DNA of 61,114 nt, filler included, from an uncultured virus (IMG/VR IMGVR_UViG_2049941000_000596) (23 parts of one record of this genome joined end to end with filler, not necessarily neighbours in it), one strand, 5' to 3'. Positions 19,523 through 30,258 are shown, counted from the whole stretch's first letter. Numbers and translations are program-made. Notes: a model not told the origin generated them from the letters alone.

Positions 19523-20249
19523 NNNNNNNNNNNNNNNNNNNNNNNNNNNNNNNNNNNNNNNNNNNNNNNNNNNNNNNNNNNNNNNNNNNNNNNNNNNNNN
19601 NNNNNNNNNNNNNNNNNNNNNNNNNNNNNNNNNNNNNNNNNNNNNNNNNNNNNNNNNNNNNNNNNNNNNNNNNNNNNNNNNNNNNNNNNNNNNNNNNNNN
19701 NNNNNNNNNNNNNNNNNNNNNNNNNNNNNNNNNNNNNNNNNNNNNNNNNNNNNNNNNNNNNNNNNNNNNNNNNNNNNNNNNNNNNNNNNNNNNNNNNNNN
19801 NNNNNNNNNNNNNNNNNNNNNNNNNNNNNNNNNNNNNNNNNNNNNNNNNNNNNNNNNNNNNNNNNNNNNNNNNNNNNNNNNNNNNNNNNNNNNNNNNNNN
19901 NNNNNNNNNNNNNNNNNNNNNNNNNNNNNNNNNNNNNNNNNNNNNNNNNNNNNNNNNNNNNNNNNNNNNNNNNNNNNNNNNNNNNNNNNNNNNNNNNNNN
20001 NNNNNNNNNNNNNNNNNNNNNNNNNNNNNNNNNNNNNNNNNNNNNNNNNNNNNNNNNNNNNNNNNNNNNNNNNNNNNNNNNNNNNNNNNNNNNNNNNNNN
20101 NNNNNNNNNNNNNNNNNNNNNNNNNNNNNNNNNNNNNNNNNNNNNNNNNNNNNNNNNNNNNNNNNNNNNNNNNNNNNNNNNNNNNNNNNNNNNNNNNNNN
20201 NNNNNNNNNNNNNNNNNNNNNNNNNNNNNNNNNNNNNNNNNNNNNNNNN

Positions 20250-21319
20250 TCGCTTTCCGCTGGCTTTCGGACATGCCGTTCAGCTTATCCACAAACGCCT
20301 GGATCTTGCCGACGATGGAGCGGATAGCAGGCATTAGCATCTCACCGAAGGATATGGCGAGCTCTTCAAGCTGAGATTTGAGAATTGTCAGTTGACCGGC
20401 AAGGTTGTCCTGCATCGTTTCCGCCATCTGCGCGGCGGTGCCATCACAGTTGTCGATGGCAGTGCTGAGTTTTTCGATGTCTTCCGGAGCCGCGTTCATC
20501 AGCGCGAGGAAGCCGGACATGGCGTTCTTGCCCACCAATGCTTCCGCGGCTTGAGCGCGCTCTGACTCGGACAGCTGAGAAAAGGCAATGCGGCAGTCTG
20601 CCAGAATGTCCGACAGATCACGCATGGAGCCGTCCGCGTTGGTGGTGGCGATAGTTACCTCACCGATCGCCGCACCGGTGATCTTCACATCCCCGGAGAG
20701 GTTGTTCATGATCGTGCGCAGCGCGGTACCGGCCTGGGTGCTCTTGATACCGGCGTTTGCCATCAGGCCGATGGCCTGGGCGGTATCCTCCGCGGAGAAA
20801 CCCAAAGCGCCGGCAATAGGAGCGCAGTATTTGAATGTCTCGCCCATCATGGAGACATTGGTATTGGCGTTGGAAGAAGCTGCGGCAAGGATGTCCGCAA
20901 AGTGGGCAGAGTCATCGGCGCTCATGCCGAAAGCGGTCAGAGCGTCCGTTACGATATCTGACGTGGTAGCCAGATCCTCGCCGGAAGCGGCGGCAAGGTT
21001 CATGATGCCCTCAATACCGCCGAGCATGTCCTCCGTTTTCCAACCGGCCATCGCCATGTATTCCATAGCGGCAGCGGCCTCAGTCGCGGAGAATTTGGTC
21101 TTCGCGCCCATCTCACGGGCTTTATCCCGCAGGGCGTCCAGGTCATCACCGGTCGCGCCGGAGATGGCAGCGACCTTGCTCATGCCCTCATCAAAATCCG
21201 CCGCGGTCTTTACAGCGGCAGCGCCGAGACCGGCGACAGCCATGGATGCGGGCATGATCTTCTGNNNNNNNNNNATCGCCTCCGATTTCCACTGTTATGC
21301 CTTTGATGCGTCCAGCCAT
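20250..21319 (-). CDS. Tape measure protein, N-terminal part (PhageMin_Tail type)
   Basis: MAGRIKGITVEIGGD start with RBS AAGGAGG; TKFSATEAA, MAMAGW, NANTNVSMMGETFKY, MQDNLAGQLTILKS; variant at 16320..16455. Confidence 0.9.
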
Positions 21320-21345
21320 GCAACCCGCCTCCTTCCCGTGAAATT

Positions 21346-21402
21346 GAAAATACCCGGATCACTCCGGGCATGAAAAAGGCACCAGCCGCTAAGACTGATG
21401 CC
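21346..21402 (-). terminator. Two tandem terminator-like hairpins between EamA and tape measure
   Basis: Minus strand GGCATCAGTC-TTAGC-GGCTGGTGCC-TTTTT then ATGCCCGGA-GTGA-TCCGGGTAT-TTT. Confidence 0.65.
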
Positions 21403-21435
21403 GTGTCAATCTGTTTTTTCGGTGAACTATAGTAG

Positions 21436-21855
21436 TTACAGAACCATCATCAGTGTACCCGCGCCGATCAGTACGCATCCGATCAGAGATTTTGCCGTAA
21501 ACTTCTCGTGCAGGAAAACGAATGCCAACACCAGCGTAATGACGACTGATAATTTGTCAATCGGAACAACCTTTGAGGCATCGCCGATCTGCAAAGCTTT
21601 ATAGTAGCATAGCCATGAAGCACCTGTGGCAAGGCCGGACAGGATCAGGAAAACCCAGCTTTTCTGGCTGATGTCTTTTATCCCGCCTTGCTGCTGCGTC
21701 AAAAAAACCATGCCCCATGCCATGACAACTACAACCATAGTACGAATTGCAGTTGCAAGATTGGAACCGACACCCTCAATTCCAATCTTTGCCAATATGG
21801 ATGTGAGTGCCGCAAAGACTGCAGATCCAAGAGCCAACCAAAACCACATGTTCAT
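21436..21855 (-). CDS. EamA/DMT family membrane transporter (moron)
   Basis: LAKIGIEGV.SNLATAIRT, LILSGLATGASWLCYYKALQ.GDASKVVPIDKLSVV; lower GC than flanks. Confidence 0.9.
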   Translation of the reverse strand: MNMWFWLALGSAVFAALTSILAKIGIEGVGSNLATAIRTMVVVVMAWGMVFLTQQQGGIKDISQKSWVFLILSGLATGASWLCYYKALQIGDASKVVPIDKLSVVITLVLAFVFLHEKFTAKSLIGCVLIGAGTLMMVL

Positions 21856-21923
21856 CCCTCCGCAAATTCAAATAGACTGGCTGTAGCATACCACTGTTTA
21901 TATGATAATGCTACAGCCAACTA

Positions 21924-22087
21924 TCAGAATCTGTCGAAATCCTTTTGACCAGCAACCCGCACGGTATCTTTTTCGCCGTACTTGTAGTCATCGTTCCCTT
22001 TCTCTGTCCAGATATCCAGGACCATGCCGATGGTCAAGAGATCGAGGTCCGACATAGACAACCCGATCTCCAGACATCGGAGCAGGA
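21924..22087 (-). CDS. Tail assembly chaperone, frameshift-extension (gpT-like) part
   Basis: LLRCLEIGLSMSDLDLLTIGMVLDIWTEKGNDDYKYGEKDTVRVAGQKDFDRF stop; variant at 22530..22650. Confidence 0.65.
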
Positions 22088-22097
22088 NNNNNNNNNN

Positions 22098-22897
22098 GTC
22101 CCTTCGGATTCGTTCTCAATCGTGGGAACGTAGACAGCCCCATACCAGCCGTCATAGGTAGCCTTGGCAGTGGTGTCACCGGTGCGGCTCTTGACCAGAC
22201 CGTCCTCGCGGGGATCAGCCGTCAGATTCAGAGTCTCCGTCCGCGGTTCAATCGTCTCCTCCTTAGTCTGGGACTCGATGCTCGGACGGGAGGCGGCGCA
22301 GTTGTAAAGAACATGGCGGATGCCGTGTTCATCGCCGTCAAACTCAAACAGCAGCGCAAACTTTACGCTCTCGGTGTTATCGGCCCGCTCGACCAGAACG
22401 CCGTTGCTGTCCAGGATCTCCTTGAGGATCTCCGTGCGGAACCATTCCGGGATCAGCGCGATCTCCAGGTCACCGCTGTAGCCGTTGTTGGCATAGGTAC
22501 GGAAATACACAATGCCGTCNNNNNNNNNNCCCGCACGGTATCTTTTTCGCCGTACTTATAGTCGTCGTTTCCTTTCTCAGTCCAGATGTCCAGAACCATG
22601 CCGATGGTCAGGAGATCGAGGTCCGTCATGGACAGCCCGATCTCCAGGCANNNNNNNNNNGTAGAAGGGAGAGCTTTCGCCTTCGGCATCCAGCGACAGG
22701 CTGACCGCGCCGGGGATGGCCTTGGGCGTTGCGTAGGAATAGTTCGTCACGCCGTCAACGACCTCAGTGGTCANNNNNNNNNNGCCGGGGATGGCCTTGG
22801 GCGTAGCATAGGTATAATTGGTCACGCCCTCAACGACCTCGGTCGTGAGCTTCGCGGCGTGAACATTTTTCAGATTGTATTTCACCTTATTGCTCAT
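22098..22897 (-). CDS. Major tail protein fragments (phi13 family)
   Basis: [57 protein letters not shown]. Confidence 0.85.
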
Positions 22898-23079
22898 TGG
22901 TTTTTACCTCCAACTCAAAAGAATATAGTACTTCGTAGAGCCGTTCGCTCTCGATCCAGACCTCGGTCTTGTCATAAAANNNNNNNNNNNNNNNNNNNNN
23001 NNNNNNNNNNNNNNNNNNNNNNNTTAATTAATTAANNNNNNNNNNNNNNNNNNNNNNNNNNNNNNNNNNNNNNNNNNNN

Positions 23080-23346
23080 CTTTCAGCTTACGCAGGGCAT
23101 TGACCGTGGCGTCGTTCATGATCCACTTGGCCTTCTTGCGGTAGGGCACACGCAGGCTGTAGTAGAGGTCGATCACATCATCGGCAGTGATGCTTGCCCC
23201 GGTGGTGGTCACGCCGACATCCGCGCCGCCGGTAGCAGCAAGAATACCGGTGGGCTTACCCGCACCGTCACCGGTGAAGAAAGCTTCTTCCTCTTTGGTG
23301 CCGATACGGCGGGCAAACTCACGGGTGATGTACGGCTCCAGGGGGA
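23080..23346 (-). CDS. HK97-fold major capsid protein fragment
   Basis: EFARRIGTKEEEAFFTGDGAGKPTGIL...DVIDLYYSL..PYRKKAKWIMNDATV. Confidence 0.85.
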
Positions 23347-23446
23347 NNNNNNNNNNNNNNNNNNNNNNNNNNNNNNNNNNNNNNNNNNNNTTAATTAATT
23401 AANNNNNNNNNNNNNNNNNNNNNNNNNNNNNNNNNNNNNNNNNNNN

Positions 23447-23703
23447 GAAAAACAAGGACAAAAGCTGTGACATCTGTTGTGCTGGAAAGATCGAGGCCTC
23501 CGTAGCAGACTCTGCCTTCCAAGTCATCTTCGTCTACAGGGAATGCGCAGGCGTCCCATTTGTCCATCGGCATCCATCTCACAGACTGTTTGACCCACTG
23601 GTTGAGACGCAGCTGACGGAAAGCGTTTTCCAGAGCGGGATCCTGCTGAGCCTGCAGACAGGAAGCCTGGACTTTGTCTATCCCGATTGTGACACCGAGG
23701 GTG
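23447..23703 (-). CDS. Terminase large subunit fragment
   Basis: ENAFRQLRLNQWVKQ, CYGGLDLSSTTD nuclease motif. Confidence 0.85.
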
Positions 23704-23722
23704 NNNNNNNNNNTGTTTTGAT

Positions 23723-23929
23723 TCAGCCCTTTCCGACGTCTTCCTCGACCTTCTTCGCCCGGTCCAGCGCCTGCCGGAGCAGTCCTCGGATCTCCTTCAT
23801 GTACTCGACATCGTCCGGCGTAGCGCCGACTGGATCATACCGGATGGCTTCAAGCGTATCGTAAAGCTCCGCGGCCAGGGAGTTGGCGTCGTCCGTCAGG
23901 GTGTAGACACGTTCTTCGATCTGGTTCAT
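23723..23929 (-). CDS. Small hypothetical protein (accessory array)
   Basis: MNQIEERVYTLTDD; homologue at 34012..34218; RBS GGAGG inside upstream gene end. Confidence 0.65.
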   Translation of the reverse strand: MNQIEERVYTLTDDANSLAAELYDTLEAIRYDPVGATPDDVEYMKEIRGLLRQALDRAKKVEEDVGKG

Positions 23930-24025
23930 GTTCAGTCCTCCGTGTGGGCCATCGCCCATNNNNNNNNNNAAGGGAGTTGGCGTCGTCCGTCAGGGTATAG
24001 ACGCGTTCTTCAATCTGGTTCATGT

Positions 24026-24229
24026 TCAGTCCTCCGTGTGGGCCATCGCCCATGCCATCGCATGGCCGTCGTCTTCAAAGGCAACCTCGCTGGCGGATCT
24101 CAGCCCGATCGTGCCTTCGCAGGAAAGGTCGTCGTCCAGATGCTCGTAAACCGCACCGAAGTAGCTGGGCTTGTTCTGTCCGTTGTAGTAATACCCGGCG
24201 AGGAGCACCTTGTCTCCAAAGTTCAGGAC
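24026..24229 (-). CDS. Small hypothetical protein, C-terminal part (accessory array)
   Basis: VLNFGDKVLLAGYYYNG...FEDDGHAMAWAMAHTED; N-terminus at 34464. Confidence 0.6.
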   Translation of the reverse strand, partial: VLNFGDKVLLAGYYYNGQNKPSYFGAVYEHLDDDLSCEGTIGLRSASEVAFEDDGHAMAWAMAHTED

Positions 24230-24300
24230 NNNNNNNNNNACAGGAAAGGTCGTCGTCCAGGTGCTCATAAACCGCGCCGAAGTAGCAGGGNNNNNNNNNN

Positions 24301-24357
24301 TTCCTTCACGCTAATCCCGAATCCGTATCCGTCGATGTAGTTCTGAAGTTCTGTCAT
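24301..24357 (-). CDS. Start of small hypothetical protein (accessory array)
   Basis: MTELQNYIDGYGFGISVKE after GGAGG and the repeated promoter unit. Confidence 0.5.
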
Positions 24358-24399
24358 TGTCGTATCCTCCGTATGTGTGTGTTTTCCCCTTGGGGTACT

Positions 24400-24488
24400 G
24401 TATATATCACTCTAAACGGGGATAATAGCAAGACAATTCTGCGGCATAATATGTACAAATAATCCGCGCCGGAATTGGGCACATTATG
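24400..24488 (-). promoter_or_regulatory. Repeated operator-promoter unit, copy 1
   Basis: CATAATGTGCCCA-N18-TGTACATATTATG-N13-TTGCTA-N12-AGAGTGATATAT. Confidence 0.75.
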
Positions 24489-24538
24489 ACGAGAAACACA
24501 GCCCTTTCAGGCTGCGTCCCCAGCGGTGGTGCCTGCCC

Positions 24539-24847
24539 TTATCTCAGGGCTGCGGCAAAGCGCTCTTTCTCTTCCTGGGTGTAAAGGTCGGTCCAAGGCC
24601 GCTCCTCACCGTGCAGGTCGTAGGTCAGGCCGTAGATGTAAATGATCCGTTCCTTCTCATCGTACATCCGGCTGTCGACTCTCACGCTGGCGGGGTGGAA
24701 CCCGAGGCTGGTGTAGTGCTCGTGAAGGGCCTGCTTGTATTCAGCGCTGCCGTCCGTACGGATCGTTAGGGTGGTGCCGTAGCCGAGGGTGAACTGTCTC
24801 AGGCTCTTGCGGATGTAGTTGAATTCGTTTCTTTCGATGCGCTTCAT
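24539..24847 (-). CDS. Small hypothetical protein (accessory array)
   Basis: MKRIERNEFNYIRK..., 102 aa, own RBS GGAGG, flanked by repeated units. Confidence 0.7.
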   Translation of the reverse strand: MKRIERNEFNYIRKSLRQFTLGYGTTLTIRTDGSAEYKQALHEHYTSLGFHPASVRVDSRMYDEKERIIYIYGLTYDLHGEERPWTDLYTQEEKERFAAALR

Positions 24848-24876
24848 GGTGGTATCCTCCGTTCGTTTTTGTACTG

Positions 24877-24964
24877 TATATATCACTCTGAACGGCAGAT
24901 ATATCAAGTTAATTCGACCCCATAATGTGCACAAATAATCCGCACCGGAACTGTACACATTATG
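24877..24964 (-). promoter_or_regulatory. Repeated operator-promoter unit, copy 2
   Basis: CATAATGTGTACA-N18-TGTGCACATTATG (12/13 inverted)-N13-TTGATA-N12-AGAGTGATATAT. Confidence 0.8.
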
Positions 24965-25174
24965 AACGACCAACAGAGCCCGTAGGCTCCGTGNNNNNNN
25001 NNNNNNNNNNNNNNNNNNNNNNNNNNNNNNNNNNNNNNNNNNNNNNNNNNNNNNNNNNNNNNNNNNNNNNNNNNNNNNNNNNNNNNNNNNNNNNNNNNNN
25101 NNNNNNNNNNNNNNNNNNNNNNNNNNNNNNNNNNNNNNNNNNNNNNNNNNNNNNNNNNNNNNNNNNNNNNNNNN

Positions 25175-25424
25175 CGATTCCCATGTGGATAATCACCCTG
25201 ATCGGCATAGGCAGTTTTTCATTCTGATAGGCGATCGTCGGTATACCGAATCCCAGACCAATGATCAGACAGCCAACAACCATCTTCGTGAACTGGTAAT
25301 TCTCAAGGCTGAAGTTGCCGCCATCACGAATATCAAAAGCGATGCCAGAGAAACAGAATAGTGCCATTGCAACACCAATGCTGATTACCGTGCTTTTCAG
25401 AATGTCCTTGATTATTTCTTTCAT
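25175..25424 (-). CDS. DUF3021-type membrane protein (partial)
   Basis: Hydrophobic, IIGLGFGIPTIAY...IRVIIHMGI; directly downstream of LytTR gene. Confidence 0.65.
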
Positions 25425-25435
25425 TTTTGCTCCTC

Positions 25436-25873
25436 CTATAGTCCAAGATATTTCTTGAATTCTGGTAAATACGTCCTCGACACATAATCCTTACAGCCAT
25501 TTCTGAGTTTCAGAAGCAGCGTGCCGCTGAATCCAGATTCAACACTGTCCATATAGGACAGGTTGACCAATGTGGATTTTGAAATCTGCATAAACTGTTT
25601 TCCCAATTGCTGGCCGAGTTCATACAGCCTCTTCCTCGACCGATACTTTTGCTGCTTCCCATAAATAATCGTATCTCCGTTCTCAACCCTGATCATATAA
25701 ATATCCTTTGGCTGCAGGATGATCAGATCCTCCTCGTTCAGTAGAGCAGTTATTGGGCTTTCGCTATTACCAAACGCCTCAATCACTCGTTGTATATCAT
25801 CCGTCATTTGGCTGGTATAGATCACAGCATACGGCTCGGTGTATGCAGGGGAAATTTCCACACTTATCTTCAT
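25436..25873 (-). CDS. LytTR-only transcriptional regulator
   Basis: IYMIRVE, RKRLYEL, FMQISKSTLVNL, LKLRNG.KDYVSRTYLPEFKKYLGL. Confidence 0.85.
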   Translation of the reverse strand: MKISVEISPAYTEPYAVIYTSQMTDDIQRVIEAFGNSESPITALLNEEDLIILQPKDIYMIRVENGDTIIYGKQQKYRSRKRLYELGQQLGKQFMQISKSTLVNLSYMDSVESGFSGTLLLKLRNGCKDYVSRTYLPEFKKYLGL

Positions 25874-26026
25874 GCCCTGAGCTCCTTTCGCTTTGATGGC
25901 CATATAATACATCAAAGTGGGAGCTTTGTGTTGCATTTTAAGGTAAGTGGCGAAAAAACGAAAGTGAAATGCAAAATACCCATGTACAAAGCCTCGGAAC
26001 AGATGAATGCTCCGAGGCTTAAAGAT

Positions 26027-26201
26027 CATGATTTCCCGAACAGCAACACTGTCAGCCGGTCCAGCGCCCGGTTCTTCCGCTTGTACGCGGTGGGCTGCTC
26101 GATGTGCAGATACTCGGCAATGTAGTAGGCCGCGCTGCTGCCGTAGGTGTTGCCGTCACCATAGAAGGTCTCGAGGCAATACCGGTCATCGTCGGAAAGC
26201 T
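26027..26201 (-). CDS. Sigma-region-4-like HTH protein, C-terminal fragment
   Basis: Manual translation LSDDDRYCLETFY...IAEYLHIEQPTAYKRKNRALDRLTVLLFGKS stop; followed by hairpin 25989..26020. Confidence 0.55.
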
Positions 26202-26213
26202 NNNNNNNNNNNN

Positions 26214-26592
26214 CTTGTCCGGCTTAATGTTGCCTGCCTCATCTGTTTTGATGTAGATGTTATCCATCATCCAGCGCAGTACCGGGTGCCCGCCATGTGC
26301 CAGCTTTTTCTCCAGCGTAAGGCGCATCAGGTCTTTTGTCGGATTGGACATAGAGGTGTAGCCCTGTCCGAAGTTCACCATGGTGAAACCCTCGTCATCC
26401 AGATGCTGTACGCATTCCGAAGCGTTCCAGCGGTCGTATGCGATCTCTCGAATATTGAAACGTTCACCCAGTTTTTCTATGAACTTCTCAATGAAACCGT
26501 AATGCACCACATTGCCCTCAGTCGTGAGCAGATATCCCTGCTTCTTCCAAAGGTCATACGGCACGTGGTCGCGGCGGACACGCAGGCCGAGG
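26214..26592 (-). CDS. Terminase large subunit C-terminal fragment (type A)
   Basis: RDHVPYDLW, TTEGNVVHY, EIAYDRWNA, FGQGY, PVLRWMMDN, AGNIKPDK. Confidence 0.85.
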
Positions 26593-26602
26593 NNNNNNNN
26601 NN

Positions 26603-27266
26603 CGATTTCGACCGCGCCGCCGTCGGTGCCGCTCTGGAACGCAACGCCGCCCGTCCCAGCCTGGGAGCCAAGCCCAGCATCCGGGAGCAGCTTCGCCAGC
26701 CCCAGGGCGTCCAGCGCATGGTGGACATTGAGGCCAAGAAAGCCGAGGGCAAGGGCATCGGCTACCAGCAATGGGCGTCCGTGTTCAACCTGAAGCAGAT
26801 AGCAAACTCGGTCAACGTCTATACCGAGTATGGCTTTTCCTCGCCGGAGGAGTTGGACGCCGCCGTGTCCGCCGCCTTTGCCGCTGTGCGTGACAGCGCC
26901 GCCAGCTTGAAGCCGAAGGAATTGGCCTTGAAAGAAAAAAAGGAGCTGCGGCGGCAGATCATCATCTACCGGAACACCAAAGCAGTCCGGGATGGCCTCG
27001 CCGCACAGAAAACGCCCAAGGCCCGCGCCGCCTACCGGCAGGAGCATGAAGGTGATCTTCTCCTCTCCGAGGCCACCATTCGTTTCTTCAAGGCCAACGG
27101 CATCACCAAGCTGCCCACCGTCAAGGAGCTGACGGCGGAGATCGAGGCCCTGATGTCCGAGAAGAACGCCGGGTACAATGAGTATCAGGAGCGTAAGCGG
27201 GAGGCGGACGAGCTGCTGACCGTCAAGCGGAACATCGACCAGGTGCTTCACGGTGCGCCCAGCCAG
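26603..27266 (+). CDS. Relaxase C-terminal region (Clostridia IME type), fragment
   Basis: MVDIEAKKAEGKGIGYQQWA..FNLKQ, KLPTVKEL..E...L..EK...Y.EY...K.....L.TVKRNID. Confidence 0.65.
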
Positions 27267-27379
27267 NNNNNNNNNNNNNNNNNNNNNNNNNNNNNNNNNN
27301 NNNNNNNNNNNNNNNNNNNNNNNNNNNNNNNNNNNNNNNNNNNNNNNNNNNNNNNNNNNNNNNNNNNNNNNNNNNNNNN

Positions 27380-27463
27380 ATTGGTGCATGACTGCTGCAA
27401 CTATGACGGCGGGAACTGCCTTCTGCTGGACGATGGGGAGGAATGTGTCTGCCCGCAGAGCAT
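27380..27463 (+). CDS. Cysteine-rich VLP-domain protein fragment
   Basis: LVHDCCNYDGGNCLLLDDGEECVCPQS, typical IME gene following a relaxase. Confidence 0.6.
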
Positions 27464-27562
27464 NNNNNNNNNNNNNNNNNNNNNNNNNNNNNNNNNNNNN
27501 NNNNNNNNNNNNNNNNNNNNNNNNNNNNNNNNNNNNNNNNNNNNNNNNNNNNNNNNNNNNNN

Positions 27563-27880
27563 ATGGAATTTCCGGCTGTTGTGTTTGAAGCCCATCTCAT
27601 CGATGCTCAGAATGTTGTAGATTCGGCCGCCCAGCAGGACGCGGTACTGCTTGGAGTTCACGGCAGCGGTCTCGGATGAATACCGGACCGTCATATCCAG
27701 GCGATCCGCCTCGACAGTATGACCGGCGGTCTCATCCTCGGACGAGGACAGGCCGCTGGTCACTGCCGTTGCCCAGCAGGTGAAATAATCCAGCCAGACG
27801 GATTTGTGATTGCCGTACTTATCTGTAACAGTATCGCTCCTCTGAATGGTGATCCGCACGCGGAGTCCTGCAATGTTCAT
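27563..27880 (-). CDS. Head closure / head-tail adaptor (SPP1 gp16-like)
   Basis: MNIAGLRVRITIQ, DKYGNH...W.DYFTCWA, TVRY, RIYNILSID; variants at 18462 and 30657. Confidence 0.8.
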
Positions 27881-27983
27881 CACACGACTCCTTCCCGGAT
27901 ACCGAACAGCAAAGACNNNNNNNNNNCGTAACAGTATTGTTTTTCTGAATGGTGATCCGCACGCGGAGACCTGCAATGTTCAT

Positions 27984-28123
27984 CACACGACCCCTTCCCG
28001 GATACCGAACAGCAAAGACCTCAGTCTGAGGGTCAGCTCATGATGGTCTGCATCCTCGCGGTGTTCGAACATATAGCCAAGCGCATAAAGGATCGCCACC
28101 CTCATGGTTTCCCTGACGGAAAC
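27984..28123 (-). CDS. Head-tail connector (gp6-like), C-terminal fragment
   Basis: MRVAILYALGYMFEHREDADHHELTLRLRSLLFGIREG. Confidence 0.7.
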
Positions 28124-28133
28124 NNNNNNNNNN

Positions 28134-28391
28134 AATGCTGCGCTCCTCGTCGATGTAGCAAAGGTGGTTGCCGACCTTGATGAACCGGGCGTCTTCGTAG
28201 CCTGCGAAGTCCGTGCGGTAAACGCTGGCGTTCCGGCTCTCGCCGTCGTAGCTCTTGCCGTCCCAGCCGTTGAAGGTGAAGCGAACCTTCTCGCGGGTCT
28301 TGGTGAAATGCTGCTCGAAATCCTCGCGTGTGATCGCGGTGTTGTACTCGATCAGGTTGAGGCTTTCTCTGAGTCTGTAAATGTTCTTCAT
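28134..28391 (-). CDS. Small hypothetical protein (accessory array)
   Basis: MKNIYRLRESLNLIEYNTAITREDF...FTFNGWDGKSYDGESR; variants at 33061..33156 and 49479..49574. Confidence 0.65.
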
Positions 28392-28427
28392 GGTGGTGTT
28401 CTCCCTTCGTTTTGTTGNNNNNNNNNN

Positions 28428-28947
28428 CGCTGGGGGAGCGGTTCTGTGCCGAGCAGTTCCCCGGACACCAGGCCCTGGTCTGCACCCACCCGGACGGTCA
28501 CAACCACAGCGGCAACATCCATGTCCATATCGTTATCAACTCCCTGCGGGTGGCCGAGGTGGAGCGCAAACCGTACATGGACAGAGCCAGCGACACCCAG
28601 GCCGGAGCCAAGCACCGCTGCACCGCCGCAGCCATGCGCCACTTCCGGGCCGAGGTCATGGAGCTGTGCCAGGGGGCGGGGCTGTACCAAATCGACTTGC
28701 TGGGCGGGAGCAAAAACCGTGTCACCGAACGGGAGTATTGGGCGCAGAAGAAAGGGCAGCTTGCTCTGGACACCGAAGCCGCCGCCCAGGGTAAGCCGCC
28801 CACCAAGTTTGAAACGGACAAGGAGAAGCTGCGCCGGGAGATCCGGGCCGTCCTCAACCTGGCCGTCAGCTTCGAGGACTTTGCCCAGCGGCTGTTACAG
28901 CGGGGCATCACCGTCAAGGAGAGCCGGGGCCGGTTGTCCTACCTCAC
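28428..28947 (+). CDS. Relaxase/mobilisation nuclease (MOBP-type) fragment
   Basis: HQALVCTHPDGHNHSGNIHVHIVINS HUH motif, VTEREYWAQ, KFETDKEKLR, ESRGRLSY. Confidence 0.85.
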
Positions 28948-29047
28948 NNNNNNNNNNNNNNNNNNNNNNNNNNNNNNNNNNNNNNNNNNNNTTAATTAAT
29001 TAANNNNNNNNNNNNNNNNNNNNNNNNNNNNNNNNNNNNNNNNNNNN

Positions 29048-29578
29048 TGTGCGGAACCACTCAGGGATCAGCGCGATCTCCAGATCGCCGGAATAGCCGT
29101 TATTGGCATAGGTACGGAAATACACGATGCCGTCAGCATAGAACGGGGAGCTCTCGCCCTCGGCGTCCAGCGAAAGACTGACAGCGCCCGGGATGGCCTT
29201 GGGCGTCGCATAGGAATAATTGGTCACGCCGTCCACGACCTCGGTCGTGAGCTTCGCAGCGTGAACGTTTTTCAGGTTGTATTTCACCTTATTACTCATT
29301 GGTTTTTTCCCTCCAACTCGAAAGAATAAAGGACTTCGTAGAGCCGTTCGCTCTCGATCCAGACCTCGGTNNNNNNNNNNCTCGGGAATCAGCGCGATCT
29401 CAAGATCGCCGGAATAGCCGTTGTTGGCATAGGTGCGGAAATACACGATGCCGTCAGCATAGAACGGAGAGCTCTCGCCCTCGGCATCCAGCGAAAGACT
29501 GACAGCGCCCGGGATGGCCTTGGGCGTTGCATAGGAATAATTGGTCACGCCGTCCACGACCTCGGTCGTGAGCTTCGC
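29048..29578 (-). CDS. Major tail protein N-terminal fragments (variants)
   Basis: Same sequence as 22098..22897 family. Confidence 0.8.
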
Positions 29579-29589
29579 NNNNNNNNNNC

Positions 29590-29801
29590 ACCCGGGATTC
29601 AGTTTCCGGGTTCTTTTCATCGGTGTACAGCTCGATGTGGACGACATCGACTTTGAAATAGGCCCAGCCGTCAGCAGCGAAGTTGTTGCTGCTTGGGCAT
29701 AGAAAGCAGATGAATGGCGGCTCCGGAGACTCGCCTTCTGCAAAATGGTCATAGGCAAATGGGAGACGCATTTCTTCCAGCATAGCGATCAGATTATCCA
29801 T
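29590..29801 (-). CDS. Tail completion/terminator protein (partial)
   Basis: LPFAYDHFAEGESPEPPFIC, NNFAADG, IELYTDEK; between gp10-like gene and major tail gene. Confidence 0.7.
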
Positions 29802-30258
29802 GGCGCAGCGTCCTCCCAATCTCTGTCTCCAATTCTTCAATGCCGTCCTGCTCGGCGGGTGCGATGTGGACCTTTGCAGCGACCCGGCCACCGTTGCGCA
29901 TGGCGTGTCCATGCTCCAACAGATGTGCCAGCATATAGCGCGTCGGCGAGTATACGGTGATCTCCAGAGCAGTGGAACTTTCCTTTGTGGCCTTAGTCCG
30001 CCAGCTTTTTGCATAGCGACCAGTCCGTTCCGGGGCTCCCGCCGTGATCTCTTTCTTCACAGTATTGGCAGCTTTTTTCACTGCCGCCTTCACGCCCTCC
30101 GTGGTGGTGTCGGCGTAGTTATCCAATTCCTGCATGACTGCATCGGCCAGACCGTCAATGCTTACCCTGCGTCCCANNNNNNNNNNTCCGGAGACTCCCC
30201 TTCTGCAAAATGGTTATAGGCAAATGGGAGGCGCATTTCTTCCAGCATAGCGATCAGG

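Noticed and set aside
10358..20374. Long ORFs spanning N runs (e.g. 10628..12727 +, 18956..20374 +, 19486..21255 -)
   Set aside because: Length comes from X residues or antisense shadows of GC-rich tail genes
26007..27620. 537-aa plus-strand ORF as one gene or a novel fusion
   Set aside because: Chimera of antisense terminase, relaxase and VLP pieces across N joins
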